DNA of 11,018 bases from Escherichia phage vB_EcoM-473R3. Below, piece by piece: positions 1 to 7,234 of the stretch (its first letter is position 1; the number at the start of each line of letters is the position of its first letter). A model generated the notes under the pieces. The model did not search any database, was not told where the DNA came from, and saw only the letters and a program-made list of their open reading frames with translations. Made by a program: the position numbers and the translations under genes. The stretch lies in sequence record ON470611, one strand, 5' to 3'.

Positions 1-687
1 ATGAGGCTTATTGCACATTATCTCAATTTTGGATATTCAGACAAAAAATTAAAAAGACTTGACCGCGAGTGGCGCGACATTCAACTATTTAAAATAATTA
101 ACGGAATCAATGTATCAGGCATTGAAAATGTGAGAATGATACAGCAGGGACTGATTGATGGAAAACTAAAAACATCGTATTTTTTCCTTACTCGCATCTG
201 GGGTGACATAACAAAACCACCACACGTAATTAAAACAATAATTGTAATTCTGGCCAGTATTTTTTACATTCTCCTCGCATGTTACATACACAACGAACAA
301 TCCGTTATAGTAAGGGATGCCATAGGCATACCATATAAAAACATGATGTACTATGTTTATAGTGACAAAGTTCTTTTATCCTTCAAAAATAAAGCAGTTG
401 AATTTAATAAAACTTATAGCCTTGCCGATTGCAAGAGACTGCAAAACGTATTTATAAAAGACACACTTCCTGAGATCGCCTGCAATAAGCTCTTACAGTT
501 AAACGAGGAGGACTCCGAATGGTTAAGCCAGGAGATTAAAGACAATAACAGTCACAAAAAAGCATTATTAATACTATCCCTCGTCTATTTCACTTCAGGT
601 CTGGTTATATTCCTGTCATATACAAAATTCTTTTACGCCAATAAGAAGGTTTTAGAATACAAAGCATCAAATAAAAATCACTCATAA
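1..687 (+). CDS. Hypothetical AT-rich membrane protein (228 aa, two predicted transmembrane helices); accessory/moron gene in the S-V slot of the P2-like late region
   Basis: ATG at position 1, TAA at 685-687, frame open throughout. G+C is about 30% by eye, against well over 50% in the adjacent phage genes. Two hydrophobic stretches (IIVILASIFYILLACYI, about residues 79-95; ALLILSLVYFTSGLVIFLSY, about 187-206). Convergent with gpS. No family recognised from memory. Upstream promoter lies outside the window. Confidence 0.6.
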   Translation: MRLIAHYLNFGYSDKKLKRLDREWRDIQLFKIINGINVSGIENVRMIQQGLIDGKLKTSYFFLTRIWGDITKPPHVIKTIIVILASIFYILLACYIHNEQSVIVRDAIGIPYKNMMYYVYSDKVLLSFKNKAVEFNKTYSLADCKRLQNVFIKDTLPEIACNKLLQLNEEDSEWLSQEIKDNNSHKKALLILSLVYFTSGLVIFLSYTKFFYANKKVLEYKASNKNHS

Positions 688-693
688 ACCTCT

Positions 694-728
694 AAACATT
701 GAGCGACCAGCATGGCCGCTCAATGTTT
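694..728. terminator. Putative bidirectional intrinsic terminator hairpin between the convergent 1..687 ORF and gene S
   Basis: Perfect 12-bp inverted repeat AAACATTGAGCG (694-705) / CGCTCAATGTTT (717-728), with two further pairs (707-708 with 714-715) closing a 5-nt loop. It lies in the 71-nt gap between two convergent stop codons (687 and 759). The flanking U-tracts are weak. Confidence 0.4.
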
Positions 729-758
729 AATTGCGCATCAGCCTCTGCCTGGATAAAA

Positions 759-1211
759 CTAACGCTCAAGGTGAGCCAGGATAATCTCTTCAATCATCTG
801 CACATCCTCACCGGTAAAGCCAAGCAGAGGACGCGCCGGATAATCAATTTTCTTACCGTCTTTCCGGGTTTCTTCCGACAGACCGAACTGATGCACACTG
901 GCGATTTTCGGTGACTTTCCGCCGTAAAACTCCATTGATGCCTGTTCCGGGCTGGCGCGGATATGCAAAAAACGACTGGTGATAAGTTTCGCAAACATTT
1001 TTCGCTTAACACGACCGGTCTTTTTTCTGGCGCTCTGCTGCTGGCGTGGTGCGTAGGGTGTGCCGTCCGGGGCTTTCTGTGCCATCACCCGGCGCTGCTG
1101 ACTCTGCCGCAGATGTTTCGCCAGTTCTGCACTCAGTCGCCGACGCCCAGACGGTGACAGCGATTCAATCAGTCCGGTCAGCCGGTCTTCAAAACGCTTA
1201 AACTCATTCAT
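759..1211 (-). CDS. S: Tail completion protein gpS (150 aa)
   Basis: ATG at 1209-1211 (minus), TAG at 759-761. Length and N-terminus MNEFKRFEDRL match my recollection of P2 gpS. Overlaps the R stop by 8 nt. Confidence 0.88.
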   Translation of the reverse strand: MNEFKRFEDRLTGLIESLSPSGRRRLSAELAKHLRQSQQRRVMAQKAPDGTPYAPRQQQSARKKTGRVKRKMFAKLITSRFLHIRASPEQASMEFYGGKSPKIASVHQFGLSEETRKDGKKIDYPARPLLGFTGEDVQMIEEIILAHLER

Positions 1212-1671
1212 CCCACTTGCTCACCAGTTCACCATTGATATAAAGCTCCATCGGGCGATTGACTGGCTCCGGCGGCGGAGGTTCCGGGATATTCTTCACA
1301 TGCAGCGCACCGTCAACCTCACTGACCAGCGTTCGCTCGGTCAGCATCAGGCTGATGCTGATATCAAAGCTGCTGTCATTGTTGATGTCTGCATAAAACG
1401 TGAAACCTTTTTTCTGACCTTCGTCGGTGGTCATGATGTCGGGCTGATTTTCCCGCAGCCACGCCAGCACCGGCACGATGAGCAGGTCAAAATCACCGGT
1501 AAAGTCGGTCACAATGACATTGAGCGTGTAACGCTTTTCGAATGACAGCGACGTCGCCAGCGTGGAGGCAATACTCCCGTTATCCACGAATATCCGCAGC
1601 ATCTCTGGACTGGTTTTCAGCACCGTGACGGCATCAGTCAGCGCCCTGCGCAGGCTGTCGGGTTTGAGCAT
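1204..1671 (-). CDS. R: Tail completion protein gpR (155 aa)
   Basis: ATG at 1669-1671 (minus), TGA at 1204-1206. N-terminus MLKPDSLRRALTDAV and 155-aa length match recalled P2 gpR. Confidence 0.88.
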   Translation of the reverse strand: MLKPDSLRRALTDAVTVLKTSPEMLRIFVDNGSIASTLATSLSFEKRYTLNVIVTDFTGDFDLLIVPVLAWLRENQPDIMTTDEGQKKGFTFYADINNDSSFDISISLMLTERTLVSEVDGALHVKNIPEPPPPEPVNRPMELYINGELVSKWDE

Positions 1672-1924
1672 CGTTTTCGTCCTGACAGTGTTTAATCATT
1701 TTTACCTGGCTGGCACAACGTGCCAGCGCGTTCTCAAGCTGCCGGATATCGGCACTTAAATCGCCGTTCGTCTCCGGGTCACTGCCCGGCATCGGGCAAA
1801 GGCTCACTTTCGGGCAGGCGTTGGCGACAATCACTGGCGTCGGTGCAGGCGGGGCGCTGGTGCAACCGGCGCACAGCATCAGGCAGGTCAGCACCATACC
1901 AGCGGCGAAAATCTTCGTTTTCAT
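1634..1924 (-). CDS. lysC: o-spanin LysC (Rz1-like outer-membrane lipoprotein, 96 aa); the copy on the contig left of gap 1
   Basis: ATG at 1922-1924 (minus) preceded by a GAGG Shine-Dalgarno. Signal peptide plus lipobox MKTKIFAAGTVLTCLMLCAGC. Lies in the +1 frame relative to lysB and runs 38 nt into R, as in P2. 96 codons, matching P2 LysC. Confidence 0.72.
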   Translation of the reverse strand: MKTKIFAAGMVLTCLMLCAGCTSAPPAPTPVIVANACPKVSLCPMPGSDPETNGDLSADIRQLENALARCASQVKMIKHCQDENDAQTRQPAQGAD

Positions 1925-1986
1925 TAAGTAACCTCGTGATGGTTTTCTCGCGCTGTGCTTCACGCTTCGCGGCGTTCTCCAGTTCC
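1779..1986 (-). CDS. lysB: lysB 3' fragment (i-spanin C-terminal part), duplicate copy truncated by scaffold gap 1
   Basis: Region 1719-1986 is about 96% identical to 1998-2265. The TGA at 1779-1781 corresponds to the lysB stop at 2058-2060 (offset 279). The frame is cut by the N run at 1987. Confidence 0.45.
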
Positions 1987-1996
1987 NNNNNNNNNN
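1987..1996. other. Scaffold gap 1 (N10)
   Basis: Run of 10 N. Confidence 0.95.
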
Positions 1997-2203
1997 GCGT
2001 GCCAGCGCGTTCTCAAGCAGCCGGATATCGGCACTTAAATCGCCGTTCTTCTGCGGGTCACTGCCCGGCATCGGGCAAAGACTCACTTTCGGGCAGGCGT
2101 TGTGGACAATCACTGGCGTCTGCGCAGGCCGGGCGCTGGTGCAACCGGCGCACAGCATCAGGCAGGTCAGCACCGTACCAGCGGCGAAAATCTTCGTTTT
2201 CAT
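1997..2203 (-). CDS. lysC: lysC 5' portion (o-spanin), second copy, truncated at gap 1
   Basis: ATG at 2201-2203 (minus) with a GAGG Shine-Dalgarno. Same signal peptide and lipobox (MKTKIFAAGMVLTCLMLCAGC). The reading frame runs into the N run at 1996. Confidence 0.5.
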
Positions 2204-2483
2204 TGAGTAACCTCGTGATGGTTTTCTCGCGCTGTGCTTCACGCTTCGCGGCGTTCTCCAGTTCCTGACGCAGTGCCACCTGCGCCAGCTCGTTTTTGTC
2301 TGCCCTGGTGATGGCAACATGAAGCTGATTTTTCAGCATGGTGATGGTCGTCTGCTGTTCACTGGCGACGTTATTCGCCCTGTCCAGCGAGGCGCGCAGG
2401 CTGGCATTTTTGTGTTTCACCAGAAACAGACCGGTCACCGCCAGCGATAACAACACGACCAGCACAATCATCAGCTTTGACAT
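2058..2483 (-). CDS. lysB: i-spanin LysB (Rz-like, 141 aa)
   Basis: ATG at 2481-2483 (minus), TGA at 2058-2060. N-terminal transmembrane helix MSKLMIVLVVLLSLAVTGLFLV followed by a charged, coiled-coil-like region. Contains lysC in an alternative frame. Length matches P2 LysB. Confidence 0.85.
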   Translation of the reverse strand: MSKLMIVLVVLLSLAVTGLFLVKHKNASLRASLDRANNVASEQQTTITMLKNQLHVAITRADKNELAQVALRQELENAAKREAQREKTITRLLNENEDFRRWYGADLPDAVRRLHQRPACADASDCPQRLPESESLPDAGQ

Positions 2484-2896
2484 AGTTCCCGCCCCTCAAA
2501 ACGCTGACGGCAGGCCGTACGTATCAGCCGGAAGAACACCGATACCACGAGATAAATCAGCGCGGTAAAAATCCACCCGGCAGCGACCAGCGAGATAAAC
2601 GTCGCCACCATCACCACCAGAGCCGCCGCCCGTCTGCGCCACGGCACCGGCTGCAAAAACAGCGACGTGACGATCTTCACGGCCAGCGATTCCGGCGGCA
2701 GCTCCCGCCCGTAGCGTTCCAGCACATACTCCGTGGCATACACGCCGACACCACCGGCAACCACACAGATAACCGTCGCCAGAATCGCCCATGCAGCGAC
2801 AAAACTGACGGCCACGCTCTGCGGGTAAATCAGGGACAGTGCCAGCATCAGCGCCAGCGACACGTTCAGCATCAGTGAAAGGGATAATTTCTTCAT
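2471..2896 (-). CDS. lysA: LysA lysis-timing membrane protein (141 aa, multi-transmembrane)
   Basis: ATG at 2894-2896 (minus) with a GGAG Shine-Dalgarno, TGA at 2471-2473. Highly hydrophobic. Position between K and lysB, and length, as in P2. Confidence 0.85.
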   Translation of the reverse strand: MKKLSLSLMLNVSLALMLALSLIYPQSVAVSFVAAWAILATVICVVAGGVGVYATEYVLERYGRELPPESLAVKIVTSLFLQPVPWRRRAAALVVMVATFISLVAAGWIFTALIYLVVSVFFRLIRTACRQRFEGRELCQS

Positions 2897-2910
2897 GGTG
2901 TTTACTCCGT

Positions 2911-3408
2911 TTAAGCCGGTACGCCGCCAGCGGTACGCCAGACGGTGACCAGTTTTTCCAGTGAATGCTCACGCTGACCGTAACCGGCACCCGGCAGGGA
3001 CGCCCAGATATTGCGACAGCGTAAAATGGCGCGCTCAATGCGTCCCGCCCGGATGTCATCCAGTGCACCGCGTTCGCGGATCAACTGAATGGCGAGCCTG
3101 TCCTGTGACAACGGACTGAAATCCGGCAGGGCAAGCTGTTTGCGGTAGTGCGGCCAGAACAGGTAAAGCTGCTGATAGCGACCGGAGGCCGTGGATTTTT
3201 CACCGCGACGGTTAAACACCTTCGCCGGTCGGCCATGCGCGAACGGGTGGTCACTGTAGTCGGTGAAAATTTCCGGCTTCCCGTCCAGTCCGGTGACTAT
3301 CACGTCATAGCCCCGGTTTTTCGTCAGCGGATGATTCGCCGTCCCTTCGGACACCGCCAGCATGTCGAGAAAGGCAGCGATATTCTGATGCGTGTTAATT
3401 ACCGGCAT
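2911..3408 (-). CDS. K: Endolysin gpK, lambda R-like lytic transglycosylase (165 aa)
   Basis: ATG at 3406-3408 (minus), TAA at 2911-2913. Strong similarity, from memory, to lambda R (FLDMLA.SEGT ... GYDVIV ... FTDYSDHP ... IWASLPGAGYGQ), with the catalytic Glu in the SEGT motif. Confidence 0.92.
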   Translation of the reverse strand: MPVINTHQNIAAFLDMLAVSEGTANHPLTKNRGYDVIVTGLDGKPEIFTDYSDHPFAHGRPAKVFNRRGEKSTASGRYQQLYLFWPHYRKQLALPDFSPLSQDRLAIQLIRERGALDDIRAGRIERAILRCRNIWASLPGAGYGQREHSLEKLVTVWRTAGGVPA

Positions 3409-3689
3409 TACGGTTTCCCCCTGCCCTTAAAGCGGCGCTGAATGGCAATCTCAATCACCTGATAACCGGCGATACCCAGCATGGAGCCGATGCCGCACAC
3501 CGCAGGCAGTGACAGGTCAGGAAACTGCACCAGAACAACACCGGCAACCATCGAGACAAAACCACCGAGCAACATGCGCCCGATAAACAGACGCGGGGTG
3601 ATGGGTTCACCACCGGCAAGCACCTTGCCGACAACAATCAGCACCCCAATCATGAAAAGCGACAGGACGCTTTTTTCTTCTGCTGTCAT
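3408..3689 (-). CDS. Y: Holin gpY (93 aa)
   Basis: ATG at 3687-3689 (minus). Stop overlaps the K start by 1 nt. Multi-transmembrane small protein with a charged C-terminus (RRFKGRGKP), immediately upstream of the endolysin. Confidence 0.9.
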   Translation of the reverse strand: MTAEEKSVLSLFMIGVLIVVGKVLAGGEPITPRLFIGRMLLGGFVSMVAGVVLVQFPDLSLPAVCGIGSMLGIAGYQVIEIAIQRRFKGRGKP

Positions 3690-3692
3690 GCG

Positions 3693-3896
3693 TTACTCCC
3701 ACAGATTGACAGTTTCAGCCACGGGCGCGGTCTGAACGTCGGGCAGTTCGACGGCGGTGCCGTGTGGCAGCACCGCACCCAGTTCAGCCAGTCCCGGATT
3801 TGCGGCGAGCACGGTCTCAACCACGCCCTCAGTGCGCCCGTAATACCGGACACAAATGGCGTCGAGCGTGTCGCCCTGTAGCGCAAAGGTCTTCAT
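3693..3896 (-). CDS. X: Tail protein gpX (67 aa)
   Basis: ATG at 3894-3896 (minus), overlapping the L stop. TAA at 3693-3695. Sequence MKTFALQGDTLDAICVRYYG matches recalled P2 gpX. The longer ORF to 3965 is rejected. Confidence 0.82.
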   Translation of the reverse strand: MKTFALQGDTLDAICVRYYGRTEGVVETVLAANPGLAELGAVLPHGTAVELPDVQTAPVAETVNLWE

Positions 3897-4405
3897 CAGA
3901 TTTGACTCACGATGCAGCGCGGCTTGTCCTGGATGCGCGCCACTGCCCAGCGCATATCCCGCCACAGTTCATCAATGGTGCTGTCAATGCTGTCGGCCTT
4001 CTTGTCGCCTTTCGCACTGGCATCCACGCCGCGATAACGCTCATAAAGCGACGCGGTCGCCATCGCACACACGGCGCGCTCGTAGTAAAAAACTTTGATG
4101 CTTTCACCGTCGATGTCGTCCGCCGGGACGTCAGCCAGACGCGAAAAACCGGCAGCAATTTTCTGTTCGCGGTACTCGTACAGCTCCGCATTCGTCTCCG
4201 CCATGCCTGACTTGACGGCCTCACGCAGACGGGCGGGGGCGACAGTCTGCTCAAGGCGCATACGTTCCCGGACGCGCTTCGGGTCGATATCGGGAAAAAA
4301 GAACGTGTTTTTAATCACCGGCTCGTCGCCTGCCGGTTGCGGGATGACCACCGTACCCTCACCGGACACGGGAGCCTCCTTTCGCGGAATAATCAGCGTC
4401 ATCAT
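3896..4405 (-). CDS. L: Head completion/stabilisation protein gpL (169 aa)
   Basis: Tandem ATG ATG at 4400-4405 (minus) with GAGG 7 nt upstream, TGA at 3896-3898. 169 aa, matching P2 gpL. The extended ORF to 4465 is rejected. Confidence 0.85.
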   Translation of the reverse strand: MMTLIIPRKEAPVSGEGTVVIPQPAGDEPVIKNTFFFPDIDPKRVRERMRLEQTVAPARLREAVKSGMAETNAELYEYREQKIAAGFSRLADVPADDIDGESIKVFYYERAVCAMATASLYERYRGVDASAKGDKKADSIDSTIDELWRDMRWAVARIQDKPRCIVSQI

Positions 4406-4504
4406 GACTACCTCTGAAAAGTCGGGCGGTGGACGCCGGTGCAGTGTCAGGTGATTCACCCTCACTGACCGGCGTGCCGCCCTGGCGCGGGGCGCATTCG
4501 GTTG

Positions 4505-5248
4505 TTAACTGGCTTTCTTTTTCGGGCGTCCACGTTTTGCCGGTGTCGCACTCCGGGTCTTACGCGGGGCGCGGGTGGCCGCTTTTGGCTGTGGCTCCGG
4601 CTTCGGTTTCAGCTCCCGCTCCAGTCGTTCAATCTCTTTTTTGACGCCTGCCTGACAGTCGAGCTGTGTCGCACGTTGCAGGTGCGCCAGCGCACCGGCG
4701 GCATCACCAGCGTCACGCAGAAACAGACCGGTGATTTTGTGCAGCTTTGCGCGCACTTCATCAGGCATGTCTGCCGTGGCGGTCAGTTCAAGGGTGTCCG
4801 TCAGCAGGCGGGTATCCACAGACTCACCGGCAGCGTGAGCGCGCATGGCCGCGAGCGCCACCTCCTCGGTGAACATGTACGGCGGGGTGCGGCGGTGTTT
4901 ACCCGGCATGGTCAGACCGTACTTCAGGGCATAACGGGCAATCTCCAGCGCACCGGCAATATCGCCGGTATCCAGACGCCACAGCATGACCGTCATCAGA
5001 ATGTCATCCTGTGCACCTTTGCCCTGCTCCAGCACGCCGTTCACCCACGGCAACCAGAACGGCAGCAGTTCGCGCTTTTTCGCGGCCTTAAGCTCTTTTG
5101 AATAAATCGCTTTCAGTGTGCGCTGGTCTGCGGCCAGCTTGACCAGCATCTGCTCATAGACAGTTGCATGTCGCAGCGGGGCGGCTTCCCGCTGCGCGGT
5201 CATCGCTGCCGAGACCCGCATCATGTGGCGCTGTGCGGGACTCGTCAT
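4505..5248 (-). CDS. M: Terminase small (endonuclease) subunit gpM (247 aa)
   Basis: ATG at 5246-5248 (minus), TAA at 4505-4507. Basic, Lys/Arg/Pro-rich C-terminal tail. Length and position match P2 gpM. Confidence 0.9.
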   Translation of the reverse strand: MTSPAQRHMMRVSAAMTAQREAAPLRHATVYEQMLVKLAADQRTLKAIYSKELKAAKKRELLPFWLPWVNGVLEQGKGAQDDILMTVMLWRLDTGDIAGALEIARYALKYGLTMPGKHRRTPPYMFTEEVALAAMRAHAAGESVDTRLLTDTLELTATADMPDEVRAKLHKITGLFLRDAGDAAGALAHLQRATQLDCQAGVKKEIERLERELKPKPEPQPKAATRAPRKTRSATPAKRGRPKKKAS

Positions 5249-5251
5249 CGG

Positions 5252-6325
5252 TTACGCTCCCGGCTCTGCGGTCGCCTTAGCCGGTGTGGAGAAATCACCG
5301 ACCTTAATTTTTTCCACCAGACAACCGGCGGCGTAGTCCTCCACCACGTAATCAATGTTCATTGACTCGTAGTTCTCCACGCGGTCGAGTTTCGGGTTTT
5401 CCTCAATCACGCGGCGATGGCTGTCATCCATGTAGTAGATGGACAGGTTTTCCAGCTTCGTGATGAGCATTGCATCCGCCGGGAAGTACGGGACGCGTAC
5501 CGCTGGCAGGTTGCCGATGCGTTTCTGGCTGATGATGACGTCAGCGGCCAGCGTTTCGCTGTTGTCCTGCTCCTTGTTGACGATGGGAAAATACTTGTCC
5601 GCCAGTAGCTGACGTCCCACAATCACCACAAGGTCAGGGTCTTCCTGATACCACGGCTCAATCAGGTTGTTGGTCGCATCCATCACCAGTGCATCAAGGC
5701 TGGCATAATCACCGCCCTTACCCACGCGGATAACCTCAGAGGTGGTGCGGCCTTCCTCGTCAGTGACCTTGCTCATCACGCGCGCCGGGGCTTCATTGCG
5801 GTATTTCTGCAGCCAGCCGACCGCCACATCCTGCAGCATCGGATTACTGTTGCGGTCAGAGGTTTCGGCACGCTTCACGCCGTTAAAACCGGCCATGATG
5901 AAATCAAGGGACTGGCGTTTGATAATGGCGTTACGGACACGGAGCTGGAAATCCTGATAACGCGCCCACAGGTCCAGCGTTTTGTAGCGGATATAAAAAT
6001 CGAAGTTAATCTGGTCGCATTCGTACTTGTTTGACGCCAGCTTCGAGAAGTCCTTCGGCTGACGCTCGGTGCCACCGGCGGTATCGGTGGTGCTGGCGAT
6101 GGAGCCGGTGACACCGATGCCAATTTTTTCCCCTTTCATTTCGCTGACCGGCACAATGTTGATGCGGGTCAGGAAATCAGAGGACTCCTGCATGGTGTTC
6201 ATCAGGGTCTGGGTGACCGAAGGTTCAACGGTGAATTTTTTCGACACATCACCGGCGTCGATGCCGTTCAGTTCGGCAACACGGGACAGGTAGGCATTAA
6301 ATTTAAAGCGGGTTTCCTGGCGCAT
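5252..6325 (-). CDS. N: Major capsid protein gpN (357 aa)
   Basis: ATG at 6323-6325 (minus) with an AGGA Shine-Dalgarno, TAA at 5252-5254. 357 aa, matching the P2 gpN precursor. Sits between scaffold and small terminase as in P2. Confidence 0.93.
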   Translation of the reverse strand: MRQETRFKFNAYLSRVAELNGIDAGDVSKKFTVEPSVTQTLMNTMQESSDFLTRINIVPVSEMKGEKIGIGVTGSIASTTDTAGGTERQPKDFSKLASNKYECDQINFDFYIRYKTLDLWARYQDFQLRVRNAIIKRQSLDFIMAGFNGVKRAETSDRNSNPMLQDVAVGWLQKYRNEAPARVMSKVTDEEGRTTSEVIRVGKGGDYASLDALVMDATNNLIEPWYQEDPDLVVIVGRQLLADKYFPIVNKEQDNSETLAADVIISQKRIGNLPAVRVPYFPADAMLITKLENLSIYYMDDSHRRVIEENPKLDRVENYESMNIDYVVEDYAAGCLVEKIKVGDFSTPAKATAEPGA

Positions 6326-6379
6326 AGTTATTCCTGAAATTAAGGGTTAATCGTGAAGGTTTTCCCGGACTGCCCCCGG

Positions 6380-7234
6380 TCAGCAGTTCGTCATCAGGGC
6401 GTCACCGCCACCGCCGGTGGCCTTGCTGCGGCGCTGCTGGGTCAGACTTTCGGTGTGGTCGAGACTGTTTTTCAGGCGGCTGAATGCCTGACTGGTTTCA
6501 TCCGCCCTGTCAGTCACCTCCTGCTTAAGAGCGGAAAAGGCAGTTTCCATCTCAGCGAGGCGCTGCTCAGTGGCGCTCAGTTTTTCCTGCACATGTTCAG
6601 CAACAGCGGTCACCGCTTCATGCACGTCATTCAGACGGGCGTCATCGCTGGCCTGTTTGCGGCCAAAAATGGATTTCACCTTTTCGGTCAGGGCGGTAAA
6701 CACGGTTTCAGGCAGGTCTTCAAATTCCAGCTCAACAGGCGTTGCCACTGAAATCAGGTTTTCAGGGCTTAATTTGAAGCGGTTCAGGGGGTTGTGTTTT
6801 GCCGTGCGGCAGAATTCCAGGTATTCCGTGCCGAGGCTTGCCGGGTCATCGGTGACGGCCAGACCCACCAGATAACATTTGCCGGTGTTGGCAAAGTTCG
6901 GCTGAATTTCCATTGAGGTGTAGACCTTCTGTGCGGCCTTGTTCATCGCGATAAGGTCATCGGTCGGGGTGATTTTCGCAAACAGCGCCCATTTGCCTTT
7001 CAGCGCCGAATCATCGTCAATCTTTTCGGCCTTCAGTTCGGCCACATCGCCATAACGTTTAAAAATACCGTCAGGCAGGATGCCGCGCAGATGTTCCAGG
7101 TTAATGCGGCAACCATAGACACGCGGGTCAAAGGTTTCGGCCATTTCCTGAATATCCTGCGCACTGATGACACGCCCGTCACAGGTGTCACCCTCAACGC
7201 CGATACGAAAGAATTTTGAGACTTTTTTTGCCAT
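6380..7234 (-). CDS. O: Capsid scaffolding protein gpO (284 aa)
   Basis: ATG at 7232-7234 (minus; MAKKVSKFFRIGVEGD) with AGGA upstream, TGA at 6380-6382. The ORF-track start at 7300 would add 22 residues absent from P2 gpO. The C-terminal half is Ala/Glu/Gln-rich and looks helical. Confidence 0.88.
   Translation of the reverse strand: MAKKVSKFFRIGVEGDTCDGRVISAQDIQEMAETFDPRVYGCRINLEHLRGILPDGIFKRYGDVAELKAEKIDDDSALKGKWALFAKITPTDDLIAMNKAAQKVYTSMEIQPNFANTGKCYLVGLAVTDDPASLGTEYLEFCRTAKHNPLNRFKLSPENLISVATPVELEFEDLPETVFTALTEKVKSIFGRKQASDDARLNDVHEAVTAVAEHVQEKLSATEQRLAEMETAFSALKQEVTDRADETSQAFSRLKNSLDHTESLTQQRRSKATGGGGDALMTNC

Larger units (their letters stand above)
1719..2265. repeat. Assembly-type direct duplication around gap 1: 1719-1986 versus 1998-2265 (268 bp, a few percent divergent)
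   Basis: Direct alignment of the gap flanks. The copies abut the N run exactly. Differences include amino-acid changes in LysC (ARPAQTPVIVHN versus APPAPTPVIVAN; DPQKNG versus DPETNG). Confidence 0.85.

Noticed and set aside
1-687. Possibility that the first ORF is a tail gene (V) continuing the structural module
   Set aside because: Wrong strand for the late operon, strongly AT-rich, and membrane-protein-like. It does not resemble a baseplate or spike protein.
1720-2268. 182-aa plus-strand ORF with an internally repeated sequence
   Set aside because: Antisense to lysB/lysC and spans the N10 gap. The internal repeat is simply the duplicated contig overlap. No start context.
1634-2320. 228-aa minus-strand ORF that looks like a tandem-repeat lipoprotein
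   Set aside because: Artefact of reading the lysC frame through both duplicated copies and the N run. The real gene is the 96-codon lysC.
2496-3068. 190-aa minus-strand ORF overlapping lysA and K
   Set aside because: Alternative frame of well-supported genes. Gly/Arg/Ala-rich composition typical of out-of-frame GC-rich sequence.
3764-4254. Several 80-150-aa ORFs on both strands within the L/X region
   Set aside because: Overlap the conserved L and X frames; Arg/Ser/Cys-rich, low-complexity translations.
4502-5101. 199-aa plus-strand ORF
   Set aside because: Antisense to gpM; no independent support.
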